Below, one piece after another: positions 1 to 12,709 of a stretch of DNA of 54,338 nt. Position numbers and translations under genes: made by a program. The notes beneath the pieces are model-generated. The model saw only the letters and a program-made list of their open reading frames with translations. It was not told the DNA's origin and did not search any database. The stretch's first letter is position 1, and each line of letters begins with the position of its first letter. The stretch spans positions 1 to 54,338 of the forward strand of contig JAHBMJ010000140.1 of assembly GCA_018398765.1 (NCBI GenBank). The letters run 5' to 3'. Source of the DNA: Chromera velia. Its lineage: Eukaryota.

Positions 1-270
1 ACCCACCCGCCGTCACAAATGTCTGAAAAGGATCATGCGCCAGCACTTTAGCACCTACTGAGACCTCATCTGACAGTCAATCTATTTATCTATCTATCAA
101 TCTATCTATCTGCTGATTTGCCAGTCTCGAAGACTCTGTTCTCTCTCTCTAGTACCACACTGCCCCCCTCCCAGACAGAAACAAATGGCTGTCCAGACAG
201 ACACGGACCCAAACGAGAGAGAGACACGAGTAGACTACCCACCCTGCCACTCGCCCACTGACTGACCCAC

Positions 271-2107
271 CCTGAGTGATTCTTTTGTGTGCCCAAAGTC
301 TCGAATGAGGGCCCTCTCCATGAACGGCCTGTGGAGTTTCCTCAAATCGTCCGAGGCTTTCGACTTCTTCCCCCCCCTGCCTCCCCCTCCCTTCCCCCCC
401 TGCTGCAGTTGAAGAGTCCACGTGTCTCCCTTCTTCAGCCCAGCCGCAGTTTGACGGTCCTGCATGCATGCACATGTGCGCGGGGAAGGGAAGGAGGCCA
501 ATCCATGAGTAGCAACCCAAGTCGCAAAAACGAGAACACGCTTCGAATGTCTATTGTACTCTTCGAGGTGTTGGCATATCAAAGACATGCAGCTACGTAA
601 CATGCTTGCAGAGAGGCCGGGAGGACAAAGCAAGGACGGTGGGACAGGGAGGTCTTTCCTTTCTTTGGAATTTCCGTTCCTTTCCTTTCCATTCAGTGCT
701 TGTTTCTTTCATCCATCCACCCTCCCACCCTCCCATCCATCCATTTATTTGTCCAAATCAGTCCTTTCACTGATCCATTGTGGAATGCTAACTGCTGGAC
801 TTGACTGCTGGCACTTTCCACTCATATACCGACACGCACCGACGCGCCTCCTCCCTTAACGAATGCTGCACGCACCAGTGTCAGTTGAAACAAATGCACG
901 ACGAAACAATCCCCTGAATTCTCTCTCCCCGCCAACGAACGCGCCTGCCTGCCTGCCTGCCTGCCTACCTCCAGCCGAATGAACGAGATTCCCTCGCCCC
1001 TGCCCAACGAAGGGTCGCCGACGCCCTCAATCACAAAGTTGCCTCCATTTTGACGCTGCAGACAGGCAGGCAGAAGCAGGCAGGCAGGCAGGCAGGCAGG
1101 CAGATAGGAAGTCAATCAACATGTGCACACATCCACGCACTCACACACATTCACATGCATACCTTCACAAAACTTCGACCTCAAGCATGCAAACACACAG
1201 CCATGCATGCAGATGGGAGTACACGTCGACACAACCAACACCTGGAGACACTGGTTCAAGGAAGCAGATTTACTTTTCGTGCGGAAACTGCATCAGTCCT
1301 GTGCAGGCACGAGTCGGTATTCGCACGTATTTAAATCATTCGTGTGCAAATACCCTTCGAAAACGCTCACCGCAGCCACCGCCATTCTCTCACACCCACT
1401 CAATCACACGCAGCAACAGAGCATTGCACCAGACGCTCTCTCCCTGTGCGCGCGTTTCCTTCCACCATCCCTTTCGCATGCCTTTTTTCTGTTCTGCCTC
1501 TACGCAGGTGCAGTCGCGTCATGCAGCAACTCTCTCTGACGACAGTCACGCAGACTGCCGACCTGGGACAGTGCGGAATTTCCGATAAATTGAATTGATG
1601 TGTACAGATGCGCTTACTTACTTCACGCATCCATCTAAATATCGATCTTGTGTTTTGCGGTCTCACTGAAGTCCTGGGCTGACGATCTCGTCTTGTCTCC
1701 TATCATGCACCCACCCGAGTACCCAAGAGCTGCCCCCCCTGCCTACCTGCAGGCTGACTGACAGACACACCGACTGACTGACCACCACGAGATCGTACTG
1801 GAGAGTTATATGCCATGGAGAGAGAGTGAGGAGATCCTCGATGAGCTTGGCGATGCTTGTGGTCTTCTTTGAGATCTCAGTCTTGCCCCCGGCTTCCTGG
1901 AACAACCTCTGGTCCAACAACAACTCCCGGCTGTCGTTGCTGTCTTGGACCCCTGAAGCCGCTCGTCGCTTCTCGGCCTCCAACAGCTCCTGCCGCTGCT
2001 CGCTTCTTTGCAAAAGGTGCTGAAGCAGAATCTGACCTGCAGTCAATATTTGCGCACATTCTTTCTCTCTCTCTCTCTCTCTCTCTCTCGTTCTTTCTCT
2101 CTCTCTG

Positions 2108-2150
<43 letters not shown>

Positions 2151-3432
2151 AGGCACGTTGAGGTATGCGCAACCCCCATTGAAGGAGGGAGGGAGGGAAC
2201 TGACCTACCTACCTACCCTGAATTGCCTTTGCAGGGTGGACGTTTTGGGTGACGCCCCGACACTTGAGGAAGACGAGACCTTTCAACATCGCGTCGAACG
2301 CGCACATCTGCAGGCAGGCAGGCAGGGATCGAGGGAGAGAGGGAGAGAGGGATCGAGGGAGAAAAGGAGGAGAGAAGATGCATGCATGCAGGCTCTCACG
2401 CTCTCAACATCAAGAACGAAAAAAAGTAAAACTGGGTCGGTCCATCGAGAGAGAAGAGGAAACAGGAAGGGGGGGGCTCTGCTTTAAAAAAGACACGGAA
2501 TTTTGTTGTGCATGCGTCAAATGAGGTAGACGTGCGCTTTTGCATAAACGACGTCGTGTTGCCAGGCAGAAGAGCAACCCACCCATGCACCCACCCAACT
2601 GACAGACTGACAGACGAACCTGTTCGGGTGTGCAAATGGTCTTCCAGTCTTCCGCTCCCTTCACGACTGCCTGGGCTTTTTTGATGATCTTATCCAGACT
2701 CGCGTTATTCAGGAGAACCGAAGATTCTTTTCCCAGAACACCTACAGGTTTTTTTTTCACGCCATGCCACGCCAGTTAGCAGGCAGATGGAAAGAATCAA
2801 TTCAATCCAATCAGCTCAGAAATATAAAAATCAGGGAAAACATTATCATCATCACAAGAGACAATCAAAGAAAGAAGATTGGACAGAGGGAAAAAGGTGG
2901 AGGACAACAAACAGTAAATGCATCACAGCACCGTCGGCGTCTTAGATGTTTGCTTGATTTCTTCTCTTTGATTAGCACAATGTTGGACTCCCACTGTCCT
3001 TTTTATCTAATCGCAATTGCACAAATCGACTCTTCAAATAACATTTCCTTTGTTTGTGTTTGTTCTGCTCTCGGCCCGCCTAGCTCAGTCACTCACTCAC
3101 TCACTGACCTCTGGAGAAACTTTGTGTCATCTTTTGATACTGCAACAACGCCTTCACATCCGCCACCGAGGGCGCCTGCTGAGCCCACCCCGTCGCCGCC
3201 TTTGGGTCCCNNNNNNNNNNNNNNNNNNNNNNNNNNNNNNNGCCTTGGGACTCCCACGCCTCCCCCCCCCTCCCGTAACAGTCCCTTGTTGTTGCCCTGG
3301 GTTATAGGGCTCACCCCCCCCCTTGGCTACGATGTTGATCACTCTGCGCTTGTCTGCAGGCGACAGTTTTGCGTCATGGACTCTGAAGGCATTGCGTCGC
3401 CTGTCGAGAGAAATCTTCCTGCATACACACGA

Positions 3433-3464
<32 letters not shown>

Positions 3465-4551
3465 GGCACGCGGACGTGAAAGTCTTCCTTCTTGCACTTG
3501 CATGGGAATGGACATGTAGACATGCACTTGGGTGCGTGGCTCACCAGCCTCCTGGGAGGGAACCGACAAGAGAATTCAGGCAGACAGACTGAAGGAAGGA
3601 AGGAAGGAAGGAAGAAAGAAAGGAAGAAAGGAAGGGAGGAAGGAAGGAAGGAAGGAAGAAAGGAAGAAAGGAAGAAAGGAAGAAAGGAAGAAAGGGAGGA
3701 AGGAAGGAAGAAAGGAAGAAAGGAAGGAAGAAAGGGAGGAAGGAAGGAAGGAAGGAAGAAAGGAAGGGAGGAAGGAAGAAAGGGAGGAAGGAAGGAAGGA
3801 AGGAAGAAAGGAAGGGAGGAAGGAAGAAAGGGAGGAAGGAAGGAAGGAAGGAAGAAAGGAAGGAAGGAAGGAAGGAAGAAAGGGAGGAAGGAAGGAAGGA
3901 AGGAAGGAAGCAAAGAAGGAAGAAAGGGAGGAAGGAAGGAAGGAAGGAAGAAAGGAAGGAAGGAAGGAAGGAAGCAAAGAAGGAAGAAAGGGAGGAATGA
4001 AGGAAGGAAGAAAGGAAGGAAGGAAGGAAGGAAGCAAAGAAGGAAGAAAGGGAGGAAGGAAGGAAGGAAGGAAGGAAGCAAAGAAGGAAGAAAGGGAGGA
4101 AGGAAGGAAGGAAGGTGCCACGCGATCTTCGGGAGAACGGATGAAGAACAAACTGCACGAAGGGAGGATCGGACTACTCAACTCTGTCGAGAAAGAAAGC
4201 AGACAGTGAGTCAGTGACTTTATTCCTCAGTCTCTATTGATCGGCACACAGGAAGAGAGTGAGTCAGGGTGTTAGTAGACCCTCTTCCCTGAGCACATAC
4301 TTCGTTAGTGCCTTTCTGAGCGTCAGAAGACCCTCAAGAACCTCCAGGCCTCAGAAAGCCCAACGTGGGCACCCGCCCGCCCTTTTAACCCGCGTGGGTA
4401 GGCCTTCCTTCCTTACCTTGCGATGATGGCGACCGCCCTATTCTTGTGGAATTCTGTCAGCGCCTTACTCCGGGGCTCCCACACAGGAAGTTTGGGCTCT
4501 GTCTGCCCCACCTGCATCCACGCCAACATATACACAAGCTTCTGCACATAC

Positions 4552-4583
<32 letters not shown>

Positions 4584-4607
4584 TCACACACACACACACT
4601 CACTCAC

Positions 4608-4660
<53 letters not shown>

Positions 4661-6973
4661 CGCACACAAAGCCCACACCCACACAGTCATGCTTGACATC
4701 CATAACATTCAACACAAAAGCGCCCATTCATTCAGCCATTGATTTCACCTACACAGGCATCAAGGTGAGTCCCGCCTGGGAGGTACAGAAGAAGGAAGCA
4801 GGCAGGAGGCAGGAGGCGGGATGGAGGGTGACGGACCAACCGCAAAGACGCAGGACTTCCTCTTCGAGAGTGCTTCTGCCTCCTTCCCCTCTTTCCCTTC
4901 GGTTGCCTCCTGCGACCCTGATCCTGCCCCCTCGTCCCCTCCCTGGCCGCTTGCCGTGCCGGCCGCAGCAGCCACAGCAGCGGAGGAAGAAGACGAAGAG
5001 GAAGAGGAAGAGGGAGCCTTCCATGGTGTGTCGGATGGGGACAGGAGGGGACGGATGTACATCTGCAGGAAGGAAGAAGGAAGGAAGGAAGGAAGGAAGG
5101 AAGAAAGGAAGGAAGGAGGGAAGGAAAAGGGATCAAATCAATGTGTTTTTCGCACAAGAAGAATGCTGTACTCAATAACATTCTCCGCATTTGCTCTCAC
5201 GGTCCAAAAGGATTAATGCGCCCGTGACAGATCGGACGGTAAGGAAAGAGAGAAACGACCGCAGATAGTGAAAGGAAAATAAGACAATAAAGAAGAACCC
5301 GAAATTTGCAAAGGAGCCACAGGAGGAAGCAAACTTCATTCAAACTTCCCCCGCACTCAACTATGAGATGTTGCAAGCGAACTACCACGGCTTTTTTAGA
5401 CAGCCCAAACAACCTCCTTGAGGAAGCGAGAAAGAGCGCAGTTGAAAAAATAGCGCCTCTCTCTTTCACGCACGCACGCACGCACACACACACACACACA
5501 CAGAGAGAGAAGGGGGGGGGGCATTCACGNNNNNNNNNNNGGGGGGGGGAGGGAGCGAAACACGGAGAGGAAAAAAGACCGAAGAGACCGGACGCATCTT
5601 GCGGCAGAAAGAAACTTTCGGCCGACGGACGTACAGCAAACACGAATTATATATGAATTGTAATGAGGAAATATTGGCGTATCTATCTGCATACACGCAT
5701 ACCACCGTCGGGCAATTTCGCGTAAAAGAGGTCGTAAGGGACGTCTCAAAAGCACAACCACACCCATCTACCGAGATAAATGAAATACTCAGCCGACTGC
5801 AGACAGAGAGACAGACCAGGTAGTAGCAGTGTGTGTTCGCGTTGCGTCTCTGTCCCTTCTCGAAGATCACGGGATATTCCCTGCCCTCCTTCGACGGTCC
5901 TCCCTCCGTCAGCGTGTACGGTCGTATGACCATCAGGAAGTCCCTCTGCAAGTAATGCTTTGACTTTCGTTTTGCAAGTCCTTCCTTCTCCCTCTCTTTC
6001 TGCTTCTGCACGCTTCTCGCGGTGTGCGCCGCCAAGGGCGCCCTGAAGACCCCAGTCTCCGCCAGTGTGACGCCGTCGCCCTTCTCCAGCTTCACTCTGC
6101 AGTTTTTGCCCAAGAGAGGCACGCCCTCCTTCTCCTGCACAGCCTGGAGGAACCCGAAAGGACCCAACCTGAAGGAATGAAGAACAGGGTATGCAGGGAA
6201 GAGGTAGGTGTGTAGAAGGAGTCCCTTTGCGGCTTTGTTTATCTGCTTTTCGTGACCAGCCTCTATTGGATCATTTTTTGCGTGTCGTGAGAGCCAGTAA
6301 TAATAACATGAGTATAATTCCTCGAACTGAACATCCATTTCTGAAGGGAGGCAAAACATTTTTGCCAAGGAAGACGGCATGCAGGGGGAAGGGTGTGCTG
6401 CCTCGAGCCAATGAAACGATGGGGTGGATAGGCCAACCTGCCGACAGACAGACAGACAGAGACTCACTCCATTGAGGCGGGGTGCCTCCCTTCCTGCCTT
6501 CGTGCCTTTCATTGATCGAGTCACTGGAATGCACTTTTTTCTGGAGGAGCTCGTCGCAGCGAGGATGGGAGAAAGATACAAGCTGTGAGAAAGGAAAAGC
6601 GTGAAACCGCTTTGTCTTCTTACCCATGCATTTCTCTCCCCTCTACAGACGATTTTCTTGTGTAACACCAGGTACGCAAAGGAAGCAGCACAAGAAGCGC
6701 AGCAGGACGTCTTCCGGCAACAAAACTGCGAACAACAAAAAGGTGTCTGTCTGTCTGTCTGTCTGTCTGTCTGAATGAATGAATGAATGAATGAATGAAT
6801 TCCGACAGACTCCCCCTTTTTCCTCCCTACATACCTACCTGGGTTTCCACTTCTCGCTCAACCTGTCGAGTCCCTCCACCGTCTGTCTGGCAACCTCGTC
6901 AGCCTGTGGAGCGTAGAAACGACCCAGACGCATCGCCATCGCGGGGGCGTTCAGAATAGGGGGACGTTCCTCT

Positions 6974-7016
<43 letters not shown>

Positions 7017-7143
7017 CGCGCACACGCACGCACACACACATACATACACACTCACACATACACACACACTCTCTCTCTCTCTCACACACACATACACATA
7101 CACTCACACACACACTCTCTCTCTTTCTCACACACACACACAC

Positions 7144-7175
<32 letters not shown>

Positions 7176-7183
7176 GCACACGC

Positions 7184-7255
<72 letters not shown>

Positions 7256-8415
7256 ACACACACACTCACACATACACACACACACCCAGACGCACAAATA
7301 TACATGCATATGTATGTGAGTGTATACAGAAACGTGCAAATGTGTGTGAAAGCGAATTGAAAGACATATCCAAGCAGACACACACACGCGCGCACACACC
7401 CCTGCTGTGTTGCGCAGGCATCCTACCCAGGCAAGAATGACGACTATGCACCGACAATGCAATCGATCAGACTGAGGGAGTGGAGAGGTAGGCAGACACG
7501 AGGGGGGGCTGTCTGCAAAAGAACAGCCCCATGATTTTCTTTCCTTTCGAAGTCGCCCTCTGATAGAGCGAGCCTCTTCGTTCTCTCCACCAGCAAGCAA
7601 CCAGCCAGACTGACAGACGGACCCACAGATACAGTGCAGAAGAAGAGAGAGGCAATCGATCGATCGATCGGTCTTCTTCGAGGTTCACCGGCAGGGAGGG
7701 TCCTCTTTGATTGAGAGAATGAGGGTAGGCAGAAAAGTCAACAGTGGGGGGATCTGTGCGGCGGTGCAATACTGTATGTCTGCCTATGCACACGTTTTTT
7801 ATTCTCTGACTTGCACTGACTGACGAGTATTCCAGTAGCGCGAAGGAGCCCTCCTCCGCGAGAGTGAGGGAGAAGAAGTGAGGGAAGCCATTGGCCTCGG
7901 GTATCTGCAGACTCGCCGCCTGCGTTGCCAGCTCGTTCAGAGGATCATGGGGGAACATCACCTTGGAGGGTTTGCTGCAGTGCAGTGAGTGAGTGAGTAC
8001 ATGGGGTTTTTTGGTCATTCACACGTTCACTCATTCATCCATTCATTCATTCATTCGTTTGTGTGTGTGCGGCATTCGTTTGTTAGCCGTGATTGTATCC
8101 ATGTTGACCATCTACCTTGCTGGGTTTGGTTTGTGCCTGCGCAAAGATGACCGATCCCTCTGAGAATTTTTGTTTGTTTGTTTGAGATCGAGAGGGGACA
8201 CCGAGTAAGTACTCAGTACCTTCAAAAAGGCCTTCAAATTGATCTAAAGAACAAAAAGGAAGAAAAAAAGGATCTGCACTCCCCCCTCCTCTCTTTCCTG
8301 TTGGGTGGTCCACGCACATACCCGTAAGCTGCCGAGCAGCTCAAAGCGCGCGGAGGCATACATGGTACACGTATACACATACACATACACACACACACAT
8401 ACACAGACACACACA

Positions 8416-8500
<85 letters not shown>

Positions 8501-9525
8501 GACACAGACAGGATGGAAGAATGAAAGTGAGGAAGAGGGGACTCTGACTTTGCCATCAGAACTTTCGGTCCCCCGAATTTGAAGAATTCTCTCAGACATG
8601 GCGCTTTGCCCATAACCCTCTCGACGTATTCGTCTGAAAAGTTCGTGTGTGCGAAAGAAGAGGGCGCACAGAACTCCCATGCCGGTCTGGAATGGTGCAG
8701 GGGGGCATCGAATTTTGCCCTCGTTCCCGTTCTTCTGCCTCTTGCGTTAGTCGAATCTGTCTTCTGGACCAATTGCTCTTGCCGCTTCAGTCTGTTGGCT
8801 TCATACACATCGTCCATAGAGATGTTGAATCGCTCTAGGACGACGTCCAGATCGAGAGGGGTATCGGTCAGTCGTCTCTGAAAGGGCTTCAGAGACGGCT
8901 CCTCGTCCTCTTCGTTCGCATCGCTTGCATGCACTGCGTGGGTTGGATCATTCGAGGAGTGTTGGAGCCCCCCTCTTCCCCCCCTCCCTCCCTTCCCCCT
9001 CCCACTACTGCCATCTTGGTGATCTCGCATGGCGACCTGTTGGAGTCTGCTCTCCTTCCTCTGCTTCTTCGTTTCACTCACGGACTCGGCTTCCAGAATG
9101 TCAAAAGCAAGACAATCAATCTGCACAGGGAGAGAATGAATGAAGAAACACACCAAACAACGAGGCAATCAATCTGCATAGAGAACAAAAGATCACGTTC
9201 ATGGTCACAATAGACAACGCCGTTCATCCCAATCACTCAGCCAAATGCTTTCATTCACGGGGGGAAAATGATGCACTCGGAAATGAGAAAGACGGAAAGA
9301 GAAGGGAAAGGAAAATACAAAATCAGTCAGGAAGAAGAAAAAACAGGGAAAGACAAAACAAGCAAAGGAAGAGAGGTAGCAAAGAATTCGTTGTGCTTCC
9401 CCCTTCCTTTACCCTTTACCCTAACCCCCCCCCCTACCTCCAGTCTTCTTTCCCCTTGCCTTCGCGCAGCGCTACCCGGAAGAAATTTCGTCCCCTCGCG
9501 TCGTCGTTTTTCGGCACGCGACTCT

Positions 9526-9557
<32 letters not shown>

Positions 9558-9579
9558 CGCACGCACGCACGCACGCACG

Positions 9580-9639
<60 letters not shown>

Positions 9640-10750
9640 CGGAGGTATGAGTGCACTTCCATACGCATAGAACAGAGGGAAAGAAAACCTGAGCCAGTTG
9701 CGGCCATCAGCTTTTTTCAACGCACTCCAGAGGGCAGATACATCGACTGACTGTATGGTTCTTTCTGCGGCTTACAGTTAATTCTAGCTGCAAAAAAAGT
9801 CACATCTTTTTTACACACAAAGACAATTTGTAGGTGCAAAAAACGTCACACACATCCCCTGATCGACTCTCCCCCGTACCCCTGCTGCTGCACCTGCGAA
9901 TTCAGCCATCCATCCAGCCACCGACTGACAAACCGACGGACTGACCGAGTACTCGGACGCACTCGTCCCAGGCCTTCACACCCACAGCCTTCCCTCTGTC
10001 CTTCAGTGCCGTCTCTGTCTCCGCGAGGTCCTCTGTCAGGGGCAGGAGGGACTCAGGGGTGATCGCAGGGAGACCTCTCATCAACGAACAGTCACCCCTG
10101 TCGTCAATATAACGATTGGCGTACATCCTCGAGGAATCGGTAGCCGATCCTTTTTGATTTGGACCTCCGGGGTGATTCTGGTGCTGCGGCAGATGCTGCT
10201 CCGTCTCAACTCTTTCGACGAGGACATCCAGTGCCCCCAGTGCGGCTGGAGCTGCTGCTGTTGTGTCTGCCAGGGCCTGCATGTGGCTGGTGGTTTGTTG
10301 CCGATGCACAAGTGGGGGCATCCTCCGAGGAAAAAGGGGATCGAAGAGAAGGCCGAGGGACCGGGAGGCGCACATCTCGGCAGCGTGGGCGAGGGCAGAG
10401 CGTTTGTTTGGGGCTGCACGGCTGGTTACCCTCTCGAGTAGCCCGGCCTCTCTGGCACACTCTTCTTGGACAGCAGCGTCGAGAGAGTGTAGCAGACTCA
10501 TCGTCACAGCCTGCATTTATTTCATATAGAATGTATGAATGTATGTATATATGAAAAAGAATTCTGTATGAACATAAATGCATGCACAGCAGCGTCGAGA
10601 GAGTGTAGCAGACTCATCGTCACAGCCGCCTGAAACGAAAGAAAAGGAAAATACAAAAAACAGGAAGACGCACAGTGTGTGCGCGAAAATAATGCACACT
10701 CTCTTTCCTGGAGCAGCAGAATTCAGCACACTCCCCCTCTCCCNNNNNNN

Positions 10751-10797
<47 letters not shown>

Positions 10798-12066
10798 GCA
10801 CGCACAGAAAGGCAAGAACCCACAGACGTTCGGGTCTTGCGTGCGTCACCTTTTCGTCTCCGCTCTGTTGCAGTTCTTCTCGATGTCTGTGTTGACACAT
10901 AAACCACACAATCGTTCGATATGCATTCAAACACTCGTTTGATCGCACGATTGATTCTCTGCCCGCCTGACCTTCGGATCTCCGCGTCTCTCTGTGGTCC
11001 CCATTTCCACGTCTCCGCTCTCGCCCTCTTCATTTGGCTTTTTTGTCGTCAAATTCCCTTCTCCTCCTCTCCTCCCCGAGGAGACTAGAAAAGTCATCAC
11101 ACTCTCCTGCGCAAGCAGGCTCTTCTCCAGGCCCGCAGCACTAGTCCCTTTCTCGTCCATTTCTTCCTCTTTTCTGTCACCCAACGTGAGTTTCGTCCTC
11201 TCCAAATCCGCCCCTTCTCGCTGCCGGGGAAGAGGGTGAACGAAGGCGAAGTCCGCCCTCTCTCCCCATAGAATCTCGTGAGGTTTTACATCTTTCTCTG
11301 CCTCTTCTGCTCCCTCTCCCCCCTCCGCCCCTTTCTCCTTTTGACCGTCTCTTTCCCTTTCTCTATCTTGTCTGTCGTCTCTCTCCCCCTGCCCCTCCCC
11401 CCCCTCCCCTTGCACAGAAGAAGCCGACCCCTGAATCCCCCCACCCCCCGCCCAAGAGTCTAAAGTCGTCTCTCGAGGCACCCCACCAACCCCACCAGGA
11501 ATCTGAGCAGCACCCCCTTGAGCATCCCATGCAGCTGCTGCTGCTGCTGCCCAGGCAGGGTTCGATCTCTGTGTGTTCATGTCGCCGCCGTCTGAAAATA
11601 AGGCGGGGAACTGAAAAGTGTCCGAGTCCCCCCTGGAAAGAGGGAGCTGCGGCCGAACTCTCTCAGAAGAATTCCCAGACGCACTCACAGCACACGAAGA
11701 AGCCCAGCCACCCTCCCGACCCCCGTCCATATGGGGGGGCAGATCTGAAGTGCGGCTGTTCCTCTCCTCCATCCGCGCCTCTCTGTCTCTCGTGCCGTCT
11801 CCTCCCGTCTCTTCCTCCTCTTCCTCCACCTCCACATCGCACATGGGAAGGGGATCGTCGGATTGTGTGCCTGTGGGTGCACCGACAGACAGAGGCAGCA
11901 GGAGGAAGGCGGAGGGAGAGATGACCTCCAGAAGACTCAGAGGCCCAACCTCTTCTCCCTCAAAGGCTGCAGCAAGCTCATTCAGGAAACCATTTTCCCT
12001 GCCGGCCGCTCCAGTGCCCCCACCATTCTGGAACGCCTCTTCCCCTCCTCCTTCTACGTCTTCCAT
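271..12066 (-). CDS. TAF1: TFIID subunit 1 (TAF1) homolog, multi-exon; 3' end probably continues to or beyond the window start
   Basis: Hand-spliced, phase-consistent GT-AG exons: 12066-10972, (optional 10629-10588), 10510-9946, 9523-9438, 9120-8549, 7974-7825, 6973-6839, 6168-5817, 5062-4841, 4511-4417, 3418-3315, 2741-2620, 2307-2217, 2036-1783, 1055-969, 459-~271, possibly 69-~7. The peptides match TAF1 central-domain (DUF3591) motifs in order: FNISMDDVY, LHHSRPAWEF, LLEYSEERPPILNAPAMAMRL, ETGVFRAPLAAH, DFLMVIR, FAVGQTEP, ICTPEQMCAFDAM, LSPWHIT, IEGVGDPSLGRGEGISFIR, DDLRKL. The start codon is inferred. Confidence 0.92.
3591..4114. repeat. Imperfect (GAAG)n/(GAAA)n polypurine array in a TAF1 intron
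   Basis: About 520 bp almost entirely G/A on the + strand; it generates the spurious EGRK/LPSF ORFs. Confidence 0.95.
6977..7290. repeat. Long imperfect (CA)n array with (CT)n interruptions in a TAF1 intron
   Basis: Directly visible. Confidence 0.95.
10512..10585 (-). mobile_element. 74-bp AT-rich fold-back mini-element flanked by a 42-bp direct repeat (10470-10511 / 10586-10627)
   Basis: Identical 42-bp flanks. Imperfect ~21-bp terminal inverted repeat (TGCATTTAT-TTCATATAGAAT vs TGCATTTATGTTCATACAGAAT). The core is shared with inserts at 45365 and 50941/51062. Confidence 0.7.
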
Positions 12067-12339
12067 CACCTCGCAAAATCGCGCCGGGAGATCTTATTCG
12101 CCTCTTCGTCCGTCTACGTACTGTGCTTCTATGAACGGATCAATATATCTATCCGTCTCCTTTTCCACCAGCAGACGTCCTCCCAGAAAAAATGCTGCCG
12201 AATTTGAAAGCTGCACCACACACACAATCTAAAGCGTCCACGTCACTCTGACAAGTAATCTGCAGCAAGCTATACCCAAGATGAGTGCATGCACGTTCAA
12301 CTTAGGGACTACCAGAGGGACTCTTTGACATGACACTGA

Positions 12340-12600
12340 GAGCGTCTGATCGAGTGACTTGAGTCGAGATCGCGATCGAATTTTGTGGCTGCACAGAATC
12401 CCGCGTCGGCCGTGGCCCGCGGGCCCGGCCGGTCCATATCGCGCGCGCCGGCCGGGATGCATGCATGCATGCCGGCCGGAAAATCTGGCTGCCTGGCGGT
12501 TTCAAGGCGCGCGGTTTTTCTACATTGCATGGGGCTGCATGAAGCATCATAAAGCGACGGACCACACTGAGCCGCGATCTTTCGACATGTTTGCGGTCCA
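12340..12600. promoter_or_regulatory. CpG/palindrome-rich block upstream of TAF1 (candidate promoter)
   Basis: GATCGCGATC, GCGCGCGC and the near-perfect 32-bp palindrome CCGGCCGG-G-ATGCATGCATGCAT-G-CCGGCCGG at 12448-12479, 270-530 bp upstream of the TAF1 ATG. Confidence 0.4.
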
Positions 12601-12709
12601 ACGGCTATTAAAGCAATATTAATATATCGATATATACTCTTCCCTGCTCATAAATCTACCGGATCCATTTATTAATATAGCCGCTGCATAGCCGCTGCAG
12701 ACTGACAGA

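Noticed and set aside
1741..1752. CTGCAG|GTAGGC as a recursive-splicing point
   Set aside because: Only ~36 nt from the donor, and expected by chance amid CAGG repeats.
3211..3241. N runs (also 5530-5540 and 10744-10750)
   Set aside because: Assembly gaps beside homopolymers or SSRs, not biological features.
3374..4217. 200-240 aa ORFs in several frames (EGRK/LPSF repeats)
   Set aside because: Translation of a stop-free (GAAG)n array inside a TAF1 intron.
8114..8243. Extra TAF1 exon DQFEGLFEG...QTKPSK
   Set aside because: Its phases do not fit the neighbouring junctions, and 8549>7974 joins cleanly without it.
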